DNA of 64,000 bases from a virus. Positions 25,801-33,444 of this stretch are shown here, one piece after another. The translations under genes were made by a program, and so were the position numbers. The DNA lies in IMG/VR virus record IMGVR_UViG_3300037466_003379, positions 32,001 through 96,000 of that record; one strand, 5' to 3'. The notes under the pieces are model-generated. The model did no database searches. It had not been told where the DNA came from and saw only the letters and a list, made by a program, of their open reading frames with translations. Each line of letters starts with the position of its first letter. Position 1 is the first letter of the stretch.

Positions 25801-26544
25801 GCCACCCGCGGCCGCGGCCGCGAGGCCCATCATCGCGAACTGGCCGCTCGTCAGGCCGACCACCGCGGCGCTGTCGGCGAAGCTGGCCTTGAAGGTCCCA
25901 GCCGCCACGGACAGGGTGCCCATGCTCGCGGCAGTCCCGGCCATCGTCGTTCCGACGAGGGCGTTCGCTTCGGCGGCGCGAGCCTCGGCCGCCTCCATCG
26001 CGGCCAGGTCCCCGACGACCTTGTCTCGCATCAGGCCGTAGGCGGCTGCGGTCTCCTCGGCGGCCGTGGTCGACTTCGCCGCGAAGGCCTCGGCGCTGGT
26101 CGCGGCCTCGCTGTTCGCGGCGACGAACCGGCCGTTGGCGTCCCGCATCCGGCCGGACGCGTCGACCCACGTCCCGGCCGCGGCCTCCGCTCCGGCGGCG
26201 ATCCCGGCCCCGGCGGCGGCGGTGGCCTCCGCGAGTCCGAGCTCCGCGGCGACGGCGGCCTCGATCTCGGCCTGGATCGCCGCCATCGCGGCCCCGGCCT
26301 CACCGGCGGACGCGGTCATCTCCGCACAGGCGGCAGCCCAGGTGCCAGCGGCGGCCTCCGCGGAGGTGCCGAGCATGGCGTTCTGCTCGGCGACGCGGGT
26401 GACCTCCGCGGAGACGCCCTGGAGCGACCCGGCGACCTGAGTGGCCATCCGCTCGCCGGCGGCACCGGCCTCGGTGAAGCCCGCGGTCATCGGGGCGGAC
26501 TCGGCGCGGAGAGTTACGTACAGATCGGCGACCTCATCGGACAC
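22879..26544 (-). CDS. Tail tape measure protein (TP901-like core)
   Basis: About 1220 aa, Ala-rich; GKMTFEELSGSL core; TM segments; Trp/Phe-periodic 40-aa repeats. Confidence 0.93.
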   Translation of the reverse strand: MSDEVADLYVTLRAESAPMTAGFTEAGAAGERMATQVAGSLQGVSAEVTRVAEQNAMLGTSAEAAAGTWAAACAEMTASAGEAGAAMAAIQAEIEAAVAAELGLAEATAAAGAGIAAGAEAAAGTWVDASGRMRDANGRFVAANSEAATSAEAFAAKSTTAAEETAAAYGLMRDKVVGDLAAMEAAEARAAEANALVGTTMAGTAASMGTLSVAAGTFKASFADSAAVVGLTSGQFAMMGLAAAAAGGIAVKMAGDYDQATMRLVTSANESRQNLDMVRQGMLEMAGQVGYSADELATAMYKVESGGQHGADGLKVLKAAAEGAKTENADLTTVADAVTTALIDYHLKADDAATVTSKMVQATASGKMTFEELSGSLSSVAPLASAAHISLDDMLGTLASMTSHGISAQQATQNMADAIRHLQSPTAGMRQEMATLGIDASDVAAKLGERGLAGTMQMLQQAISKSMPPGSEKVFLDLKNAVSQSTPAVQGLAQKVMDGSISMAAFTKQAKELDPISAKQATSFATLAGQTHQLGQAHMSGEQVMQTYGQAMQKAMGDATGLKVALMTTGENADYTNDAIKNISGATSEAGGHVKGWAEIQSEFNTKLSQAKDGLGALAISIGEKLLPVASKIVGVFADATKWMTEHQTVAIIVAGIIGVVLVAAFVALGIAAAQAAIGVIAATWPILAIIAAVALLAFGIYELIQHWQGVADFFSGLWDKVKSAFTTAVNWCGDRISDLVGFVKSIPEKIGQGLSSLGGMIQRALANVWDWLTTPFRKGAELVKTIMSKSPGEWGHIIGEKLGELARTLVDKAKEMWHGFTTGVTNAWNETVAWFKALPGRIKDFFVGAGNWIADKAKELWHGFTTGVTNAWNETVAWFKALPGKIKDFFVDAKNWLVDKAKELWDNFTTGLKLEWEVTVQWFKDLPGKIKAFFTEAPQWLYEHGKNILTGLWKGFTDWVSNIWNGITDFIKGFIDGFKSGFGIQSPSTVFSEIGGYIIEGLWNGLKNMWNSFWGWASGLPQTVINLFSGAANWLVSAGHDLLVGLWNGITSMTSWVWDKLTGWASSLWGGVKSALGIASPSTIAHESGMWLMKGLANGIDDHADLAVTAAQSVADRVVSATQSTNRNLQALGQTAAALGTDGAAMPVTVRPGALQAASPAVLPGLSQGATNVTVVHLNPTVQGNVWTTKDLVTELQQELVRHGIRNTQNGTNYTGFGLG

Positions 26545-26583
26545 CGGGCGCACCCCCTCTGAAATGGGACGGAGGTGCTGGCA

Positions 26584-26597
26584 CGAACAGGTGTTCG
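26584..26597. promoter_or_regulatory. LexA (SOS) box, actinobacterial type
   Basis: CGAAC-AGGT-GTTCG in an intergenic position. Confidence 0.6.
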
Positions 26598-26624
26598 GAG
26601 AGGGAGGCCGAGCACCATGAGCAG

Positions 26625-27023
26625 ATGGAGCTGATCGCCAAGGGGCGACTGGGCGCGTCCGTCAGGTTCGACGGGCAGACCGTGACCGTCGCGAAGTCCA
26701 ACCGGCTGATGCAGGGCTACGGGGAGCGCTCAGCGCACATCTCGCAGATCGCCGGCGTGCGCTGGCAGAAGCCGGGCCTGATCACCAGGGAGGGCTACAT
26801 CGGGTTCACGGTCGCCGGGGTCGTCGCGCCGCGCGCCCGGATCGGATCGCAGATCAACGCCGCCCGCGGCGACGACTGGCACGTCACGTTCTTCCGCGGC
26901 CGCCTGGCCGAGTTCGAGGCCATCAGGGACGCCGTGCAGGCCGCGGTGAGCGCCCTACACCAGGGGCCGACCGCTGGGCCGCTGGGCGGCAACTGGGGGC
27001 CGCCTGGAGAGGCTCGGCGCTAG
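26625..27023 (+). CDS. DUF4429-like protein on the opposite strand inside the tail operon
   Basis: SVRFDGQTVTV...ISQIAGVRWQKPG...GYIGFTVAG...DDWHVTF. Confidence 0.7.
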   Translation: MELIAKGRLGASVRFDGQTVTVAKSNRLMQGYGERSAHISQIAGVRWQKPGLITREGYIGFTVAGVVAPRARIGSQINAARGDDWHVTFFRGRLAEFEAIRDAVQAAVSALHQGPTAGPLGGNWGPPGEARR

Positions 27024-27487
27024 CCGACACCCCACGCGGCGCCCATGATCTCCTTGTAGATCGTGTAGACGGACACCCGGCCGACCATCCGCAGCGCCGG
27101 CACGAGGAACGGGAACCGCTTCCGGCTCTTCCCGACCCCGGTCACCTCGAGGTAGTAGGCGTACATCGACGACGAGGTGCGGCGGTCGTAATAGGGGTAC
27201 AGGCCCGGGGCCATGCCGACCTTGACCGCCCAGCCGATCGCGGTGCGCTCCACCCCGGAGTGCGTGATCGACCGCACCAGCGACCCGGAGATCCGCGCGG
27301 GACCTTCCGGGTCGCCGGGCGACGGCGTGGGCGTCCGGTAGGGGTGCTCCCCGTTCGACGCGTTGATCTTCGCCTGCCGCTCGACGGCGAGCGCGACCGC
27401 GGTCAGCCCCACGGACGCTTTGAGCTCACCCTCGGCAGCGAGCCGAGCCATGACCTCCGACATCACCCCGGGCAGCAGCTCAGGCAC
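27020..27487 (-). CDS. HK97 gp10-like tail completion protein
   Basis: VERQAKINA...PARISGSLVRSI...YAYYLE...PFLVPAL. Confidence 0.7.
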   Translation of the reverse strand: MPELLPGVMSEVMARLAAEGELKASVGLTAVALAVERQAKINASNGEHPYRTPTPSPGDPEGPARISGSLVRSITHSGVERTAIGWAVKVGMAPGLYPYYDRRTSSSMYAYYLEVTGVGKSRKRFPFLVPALRMVGRVSVYTIYKEIMGAAWGVG

Positions 27488-27749
27488 GTCCCGCCTCCGC
27501 TTCTCGTTTCGCCTGCTCGTGGGCGTCGGCCTCGGCCTGGCGGCGCAGCTGGATGAAGTCCCAGCAGTACCGGCGCACGTAGGCCGGGGTCCGTTGCAGG
27601 GCCTCGAACGACCAGCCCATCTCGCGCATCAGCTCGAAGTCGATGAACTCGGCCGGGGGAGCACCGGAGCCCCAGGTGCCGTCGTAGATGGACTCGACGG
27701 CCAGGTAGACGTCCTCGAAGTAGGGCTCGCCAGGCCCTACTGAGGGTTT
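27480..27749 (-). CDS. Tail assembly chaperone -1 frameshift extension (GT-like)
   Basis: Open -1 frame ...FELMREMGWSFEALQRTPAYVRR... entered at the slippery site A-AAC-CCT (27743-27749). Confidence 0.7.
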   Translation of the reverse strand, partial: KPSVGPGEPYFEDVYLAVESIYDGTWGSGAPPAEFIDFELMREMGWSFEALQRTPAYVRRYCWDFIQLRRQAEADAHEQAKREAEAGRA

Positions 27750-28132
27750 ACCGCCTCCGTCATGCGCTTCCCGATGGTGTTGACGATCTCCATCGGCAGC
27801 TTCCGCACCATCTCCACGGTGGCCGGGTGAGTCTGGTCGACCTTCGGCAGCAGCGGCTGGTCGAGCTGCTCGCCGGTGTCGTAGTCGATGGCCGGCGCGG
27901 TGGCGTCGTAGACGTGCCACGCCACGACCAGCCCGGCGATGGTCTCGTACATCGCCTCCACGGCCTCGGCGGCGTCGGCCGGTCGCCCGTTCTCGTCGAG
28001 CTTGAGCGGCCGCGGCTGCACCTTGTCCGGGGGCTGCTGCTTCGGGTTGAGGATCGCGACCCAGACCTTGTCGTCGTCCTCGGCCAGGTCCGGGAAGTCG
28101 AGGTGAATGATGCGGTTGGCGTAGCCAGCCAT
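27737..28132 (-). CDS. Tail assembly chaperone (G-like)
   Basis: AAGGAG RBS; lies between tail tube and tape measure. Confidence 0.8.
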   Translation of the reverse strand: MAGYANRIIHLDFPDLAEDDDKVWVAILNPKQQPPDKVQPRPLKLDENGRPADAAEAVEAMYETIAGLVVAWHVYDATAPAIDYDTGEQLDQPLLPKVDQTHPATVEMVRKLPMEIVNTIGKRMTEAVNPQ

Positions 28133-28288
28133 GAGGGGTGACTCCTTGCAGGTGAGAGGGGGGTGGAGCAGGTCGGAGAGGGCCGATGCGAGCGCCATGC
28201 CGAGCCACAGCCCAGCGAGGACGTGCACCGGTGCGCTCCCGGCCGCCAGGAGCCCGGCGGCCAGGAGCGCGACGGTCAAGCGCAACGC

Positions 28289-29446
28289 TCAGAACGCGGT
28301 CGTGCGGAAGTTCTTCAGCACCGCCGAGACGGAGCCGCCGTCGGTGGTGTTGTAGATGCCGGACAGCGAGAAGGACGCCTGCACGTAGCTGCCGCCGATC
28401 TCGCGCTTGCCCTTCACCCAGCCGGACTTGCTCATGGTGAGCACCAGGGACTGGCCGCCGACGGCGGTCGGCTGCTGCAGCGTCGCCGTCGCCGGGAGCT
28501 GCGTGTACTGGGTGTAGAGGTTCAGGTCGGTCTGGTTCTCGAAGATCGCCTTGTACGAGCCGTCCACGGTGATCGGGCCCTGGAAGTTCTCCCGGGCCGC
28601 CTGCGTGCCGTCGCTCGAGTGGATCGGGTCGACCGTCCGCTTGAGGTTCAGGTCGTACGACAGGCCGCGGGTGGAGGCGCCACCGGCGTTCGTCATCGTC
28701 CACTGCCAGCCCAGTACCGGGGCCGTCGAGGTGAAGGTCGGGGTCATCGCCGAGGCGGCGATACCGGGCAGCGTGGTGAACTTCGCCGAGCTCGTCACCG
28801 CGCCCTTCGGGTCGATCTTGAGGCTCAGGTCGGAGATCGCCGCGTAGGAGTACGACAGGGTCTGCAGGGTGTCGAACACGGTGATCGACAGCGTCGGGTT
28901 CGGCGCCGCGGGGTTCTGCTTGAAGGTGTGCGTGGTCTGCGAGACGACCGTGGCGCCGGAGGTGTGGGCCTTCGTCAGGCCGACGGCGGCGGAGTCGCTG
29001 GTCGTGACCGTCAGCGTGTACGGCCCGGAGCCAGTCACGGCGGTGACCTTCGCGTACTCCAGGTTGTTGCCGGTGTCGATCGTGATCCACGAGTTGGCCG
29101 CGATCGTCGCCGCCGTGCTGATCGTCGTCGCGCTCGCCGACGACGACGACGACAGCGTCGTCGAGACACCCGGCGTGATCGTGTCCGGGCCGATCATGCT
29201 CGCGAGGAAGTGCCCGACCAGGTCCGGGTAGGCGAGCATGTCGATCGACCAGTGCGCCACCACGGGCCCCTGGTAGACGCCCTGCAGGACGGAGTCGTTC
29301 GCCCGGATCGACTCGTCCTTGATCTCCGAGTACTGGTCCTCGAAGTCGGCCTTCGTGAACGGGATGTAGGACGTCGGCACGACATACGTGCCGGGCGTGG
29401 ACTCCTTCGCGATGCCCAGAACTGCGAGCCGAGAGAGCTGCGTCAT
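28289..29446 (-). CDS. Major tail tube protein
   Basis: LGIAKESTPGT N-terminus; tube-like C-half; Ser/Thr-rich insertion. Confidence 0.85.
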   Translation of the reverse strand: MTQLSRLAVLGIAKESTPGTYVVPTSYIPFTKADFEDQYSEIKDESIRANDSVLQGVYQGPVVAHWSIDMLAYPDLVGHFLASMIGPDTITPGVSTTLSSSSSASATTISTAATIAANSWITIDTGNNLEYAKVTAVTGSGPYTLTVTTSDSAAVGLTKAHTSGATVVSQTTHTFKQNPAAPNPTLSITVFDTLQTLSYSYAAISDLSLKIDPKGAVTSSAKFTTLPGIAASAMTPTFTSTAPVLGWQWTMTNAGGASTRGLSYDLNLKRTVDPIHSSDGTQAARENFQGPITVDGSYKAIFENQTDLNLYTQYTQLPATATLQQPTAVGGQSLVLTMSKSGWVKGKREIGGSYVQASFSLSGIYNTTDGGSVSAVLKNFRTTAF

Positions 29447-29727
29447 CGGGAACCACCCTTCCGGGTCGTCGTGGACTTGCGGGTCACCGCGGGCGCGTCG
29501 GCGGCCTCGTGCTCGCCGTGGCCGTCACCGGCGGTCTGCTCGGGCTCGACGGGCACCGGCACGTGGTCGCCGGTCGCCTCACCGTCGGTCTCCTGCTGGT
29601 CGGCCCCGACGGGCATGAACCCGGCGAGGAGCTGGTCGTGGTCGATCTCGCCGCCTGCCGGCACAGTGACCGGTGGGTCGAGCGTCGGAAGGTCGAGCGG
29701 GTAGCCGCTCGTGTTGCGCTGGCGCAT
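29443..29727 (-). CDS. Small virion-region protein
   Basis: GGGAGG RBS; ATGA coupling to the tail tube gene. Confidence 0.6.
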   Translation of the reverse strand: MRQRNTSGYPLDLPTLDPPVTVPAGGEIDHDQLLAGFMPVGADQQETDGEATGDHVPVPVEPEQTAGDGHGEHEAADAPAVTRKSTTTRKGGSR

Positions 29728-29758
29728 GGGGTTGGTCGGGTCCTCCCGGTCCGGGGCG

Positions 29759-30259
29759 TCAGGCCGTGAAATCGCGGTCGTCTGCCAAGTAGGTGATGTC
29801 CGCCCTGAGTGCGGCCGGAGAGGAGCCGGAGTGCTGCTCGGGGTCTGAAAAGGACACGTTGATGCGGCTGCCGTCGGGGGCTTCCGCGACGGACAGGAAC
29901 CGGCCGCCGTGGGTGTGGTCCATGAGGGTTCCGCGCACGCGCTCGAGTACGAGGTCGACGGCCTCGTCGAACGCCTGCTGCTCGTCCTCCCACAGCCCGG
30001 ACTGCGTCGTGGTGGCACCGATCGGCCACAGGCACTTGAGCCGGAAGGTGTGGGTCTGGAGCTTCCGCTGGTTGGACAGCCGGGTCTCGGCGAACTGCGG
30101 ACGCAGCACGTAGATCGCCGTCTTGTGTCGGGGTGGCGTGCGCGGCCAGTACGCCTGCACGACGTCCCAGGGGCCGCCGTCGGCCTTGAGTAGCGACGGG
30201 AGCCCGTCGCCCATGCTGGTCGTGCAGAGCCACTCCGCTTCGCGCTGCTGCGGGGTCAC
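29759..30259 (-). CDS. Putative tail terminator
   Basis: Position before the tail tube; about 166 aa; GAGGAGG RBS. Confidence 0.65.
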   Translation of the reverse strand: MTPQQREAEWLCTTSMGDGLPSLLKADGGPWDVVQAYWPRTPPRHKTAIYVLRPQFAETRLSNQRKLQTHTFRLKCLWPIGATTTQSGLWEDEQQAFDEAVDLVLERVRGTLMDHTHGGRFLSVAEAPDGSRINVSFSDPEQHSGSSPAALRADITYLADDRDFTA

Positions 30260-30261
30260 GG

Positions 30262-30771
30262 TCACCTCCTCCTGCGGGCCCACACGCGGTGGGCGCGGGT
30301 GCGCTGGACGTGGCGGAGGCGGCCGCGGCCCTTCCGGACCCGCGCGGGGCGGAGGCGGCCGACGTAGGAGTGGTGGTAGCCGGCCCCAGTCGAGATCAGG
30401 GCGAACGCGTTCTTGTGGTTCCCGTGGCCGTGGTGTCCGGAGATCATGCGGCCCCCGCCGGGCGCCCTGACGATGTCCGAGCGGCGCGCACCGCCCCGCA
30501 GGTTCTTCCGGGTCGCGGCGACCTGCGCGCGGCTCCTGGGGGCGGTCTGGGCGGCACGACGCCGCGGCGACGAGGCGCGCTCCCGCCGGGACTTCGGCTC
30601 CGCCTGCGAGCGGTGCGAGGTGGCCGCGTACCGGGCCCGCAGCGCGGCTGCGATCTTCGCCCGGGTCTCGTCGGACATCGCGTGCCCGCGGTGCGGGTGC
30701 CGCTTCCCCTTGAGCGCCGCGCTGATCTTCGCCCGGGCCGCCGCCGACATCGGGCCGCGCGCGACCGCCAC
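30262..30771 (-). CDS. Very basic Arg/His-rich protein with two NUMOD3-like motifs
   Basis: MSAAARAKISAALKGK and MSDETRAKIAAALRAR; fills the gap between connector genes. Confidence 0.6.
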   Translation of the reverse strand: MAVARGPMSAAARAKISAALKGKRHPHRGHAMSDETRAKIAAALRARYAATSHRSQAEPKSRRERASSPRRRAAQTAPRSRAQVAATRKNLRGGARRSDIVRAPGGGRMISGHHGHGNHKNAFALISTGAGYHHSYVGRLRPARVRKGRGRLRHVQRTRAHRVWARRRR

Positions 30772-30774
30772 CGG

Positions 30775-31449
30775 CTACACCCCGTTCCGCGTGTAGGGCA
30801 CCAGCCATGACACGGCGAGGGCCTCGAGCGATCCGGGGTCGTGCTGCCCGGACCGCTCCGGGTCCAGCTCCCGGCACAGGATCGCGGCCGCCATGTACTT
30901 GCAGGCGCGCCGCAGGTCCGCCGGGATCGTCTGGTAGCCGCCGCTGTAGGTGACCTCCACGATCGAGCCGATCGGGAGGAACGTGCCGATGTTGAACCAC
31001 AGGAGCCCGGTGTCCGGGTAGGGCCCGGCCATCGGGCTGATCTGGTTCTGGGAGCCGCCGTAGGCGTCCCGGATCACGATGTGCACGTTCGAGTAGGTCC
31101 ACATCTCCGGGAAGTGCGCGGCGTGTTCCCGCAGCCACAGCTTCCGGACCATGCCGCCGACGGAGGCGCCGAGGGCGTTGGCGTAGCTGGTGCCGAGCGC
31201 GGCCTGCAGGTCGAGCTGCAGGCCCGTCCCGGTGGCGCTGAGCTCGTCGGGGTCGACACCCTCGGCGCGGTGGGACTCGGTGGCCGTGAACGGGACCAGC
31301 CGGCGGCCGGTCTCGGTCTCGCACGCCCTGGTCGCCTCGACGAGGATCTCGCCGAGCGCCTCGGGTTCGAAGTTGCGGGTCAGGTCGGCGAAGGCGCCGG
31401 TCTGCAGCTCCGCGGAGGTGCACAGCGGCGTCGGGTTGTCCACGGCCAC
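30775..31449 (-). CDS. Head-tail adaptor
   Basis: EATRACETETGRRL...VEVTYSGGYQTIPADLRRAC. Confidence 0.8.
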   Translation of the reverse strand: MAVDNPTPLCTSAELQTGAFADLTRNFEPEALGEILVEATRACETETGRRLVPFTATESHRAEGVDPDELSATGTGLQLDLQAALGTSYANALGASVGGMVRKLWLREHAAHFPEMWTYSNVHIVIRDAYGGSQNQISPMAGPYPDTGLLWFNIGTFLPIGSIVEVTYSGGYQTIPADLRRACKYMAAAILCRELDPERSGQHDPGSLEALAVSWLVPYTRNGV

Positions 31450-31456
31450 CGCGGGC

Positions 31457-31789
31457 TCAGTCCTTCGCGGGTGCGCGGCGGGCGCGCGGCTTCGGGGTCG
31501 GCTTCCGCTCGACGGGCTCGTCGGCGACGTCGTCCTCGGCCGGGCCGTTGGGCTCCTCGTCCGGGTCGCCGTCCTGCGGGTCGTCGCCCTCGCCAGGCTC
31601 CTGGCCGCCGTCGTCGTCGCCGTCCGGCTCCTCGACGGGCTCTGGCGCGTCGACCACGCTGATGCGGGCGTCGGTGATCTCGACGAGCGAGGCGACCAGA
31701 TCGTCGGCGACCTCGATGACGGACCCGTCCTCCGGCCACACGTGGCCGAACGAGTCACCGCCCGCCTTCTCCTTACGCAGCCATGCCAC
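31457..31789 (-). CDS. Small acidic head-associated protein
   Basis: GAGAGGAG RBS; follows the capsid gene. Confidence 0.65.
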   Translation of the reverse strand: MAWLRKEKAGGDSFGHVWPEDGSVIEVADDLVASLVEITDARISVVDAPEPVEEPDGDDDGGQEPGEGDDPQDGDPDEEPNGPAEDDVADEPVERKPTPKPRARRAPAKD

Positions 31790-31872
31790 TGCGGTTCTCC
31801 TCTCAGGGGTCCCCGGACGCCCCGCGCCTGGCCCAGCACGAAGCTGGGCCGGGCGCGGGACTGGGGAGCGGA

Positions 31873-33261
31873 TCAGACGAGGTGGGTGTCCACGTTGTAG
31901 AGACCGCCGATGTAGCGCGGCGCCCGGAGGGCGACCACGGTGTCGGTCTGCAGCGCGAACGGCAGCGTGTCGGGAGCCGCCACGGTGGTGGCGACGTTGA
32001 GGCGCTCGGCCTCCCGGACGTACGGGCGGCACAGGTAGTCCTCGTCCCGGGGGACCAGGAAGATGTTCTCGATGTTCGCCGACAGCGGCGGCTTCTTCGA
32101 GGCGTTGGTACCCGCGTAGGAGCCGACCAGCACCTGCGGCTGGGTGGCGCCGTTCTGCGGGATCAGCTGCGTGCCGGTGTCGACGATCGAGGTCGTCTGG
32201 ATCGGGGTGACGCCGTCGGTCGAGAGGCCGACGGTGGCGTCCACGACGCCCAGCAGGGTCTCCGTGCCCGTCGCTCCACCGGCGGTGGTCCGGTAGACCT
32301 TGTAGAGCATCGGGGACAGGCCGTCGAGGCCGGTCGGCGGGGTGAACGACAGGGTGATCGTGTTCGTCGCGGTCCCGGCGCCGGTGGCCTGCGTGACCTC
32401 AGCCGCGGCGAGGATCTCGCCCTGTCGGTGGATCACCGCGGACACGTAGTACTTGTAGGTGCTCGACGCCGGCAGGAAGCCACCCGTGGTGGCCGTGGCC
32501 GAGGTGACGGTGCCCATCGACAGGCCGCGGGTCGACAGGAACGACGTCTTCACCAGCGGGATGCCCCGGTACGTCGGGACCTGCAGGCCCGCCGCGACCT
32601 CCACGCGGTCCACGAAGCGCTGGTTGTTGACCAGCAGCTGCGAGAGCCGCGAGTACGCGGTGTTCGACAGGACGTACATCCAGGAGCCGTCGAACACGGA
32701 CATGGCGGCGTTGGTCTCCACCATGTCGGCCAGGCGGTCGAGCGAGCCCAGCGACATCGAGGCGCCACCGAAGTCGATGGCGTTCTGGTTGATGCCCGAG
32801 TAGGTGCTGACCATGGAGTCGAAGCCGTCGAACTGCGGGTACGCGCCGTTCGCGGTGGCGGCCGCGTTGCCCCAGCAGGCCGCGACCTCCATGTCCCAGT
32901 ACATGCCCTTGAGGGCGCCGTCGACCTCCTTACCGAGGAGGTCGCCGATCTGGCCGGAGGTAACGGCCTGGGCGTAGCCGGTGACGCCGCCGATGATCTG
33001 GTTGTGCTTCATCTGGAAGCCGGCCTGGTTGTACGTGCTGTTCGTCATCGGCCGGGCGCCGCCGTCGGTGACGAAGCCGCCGGTCGGGTTCGCGTCCCGG
33101 CGGTTGAAGTAGTAGATGTCCGTCTCCCACTTGAAGGACGGGATGGACGCGATAACCGGCGCGTAGCGGCGCTGGTACTCGAGGAGCGCCCGGGAGATGA
33201 CCTTGGGGACGAGCGCGGTGGCGCCGGTGGCGGTCAGGGCCTCGCGGATCTGCGAAGACAT
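31873..33261 (-). CDS. Major capsid protein with an Ig/FN3-like insertion
   Basis: Position after the scaffold; QFDGFDSM; insertion TYKYYVSAV...TITLSFTPP...YKVYRT. Confidence 0.85.
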   Translation of the reverse strand: MSSQIREALTATGATALVPKVISRALLEYQRRYAPVIASIPSFKWETDIYYFNRRDANPTGGFVTDGGARPMTNSTYNQAGFQMKHNQIIGGVTGYAQAVTSGQIGDLLGKEVDGALKGMYWDMEVAACWGNAAATANGAYPQFDGFDSMVSTYSGINQNAIDFGGASMSLGSLDRLADMVETNAAMSVFDGSWMYVLSNTAYSRLSQLLVNNQRFVDRVEVAAGLQVPTYRGIPLVKTSFLSTRGLSMGTVTSATATTGGFLPASSTYKYYVSAVIHRQGEILAAAEVTQATGAGTATNTITLSFTPPTGLDGLSPMLYKVYRTTAGGATGTETLLGVVDATVGLSTDGVTPIQTTSIVDTGTQLIPQNGATQPQVLVGSYAGTNASKKPPLSANIENIFLVPRDEDYLCRPYVREAERLNVATTVAAPDTLPFALQTDTVVALRAPRYIGGLYNVDTHLV

Positions 33262-33287
33262 GAGGTGGTGCCTCTCTGGTGGCAGCA

Positions 33288-33320
33288 GAAAGGCCCCCAG
33301 CGGGATCGCTGAGGGCCTTC
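33288..33320 (-). terminator. Terminator-like hairpin in the capsid leader
   Basis: GAAGGCCCTCAGCG-ATCC-CGCTGGGGGCCTTT on the minus strand. Confidence 0.6.
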
Positions 33321-33444
33321 GGGGTTGGGGGAGTGGTCGACCATCGCTGCCAGGCGGCACCAGCCCGTGGGGCTGGCGGTCGGAGAGGAATCGGGGACCA
33401 GCTACCGGCCCGGCCGCCGGTACGTCGGGGCCGGGCCGGGCGGG

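Noticed and set aside
28133-28285. Hydrophobic signal-like N-terminal extension on the tail chaperone
   Set aside because: The region is an inverted repeat (GCGCTCCCGGCCGCC...GGCGGCCAGGAGCGC) after the tail tube gene, and ATG 28132 has a strong RBS.
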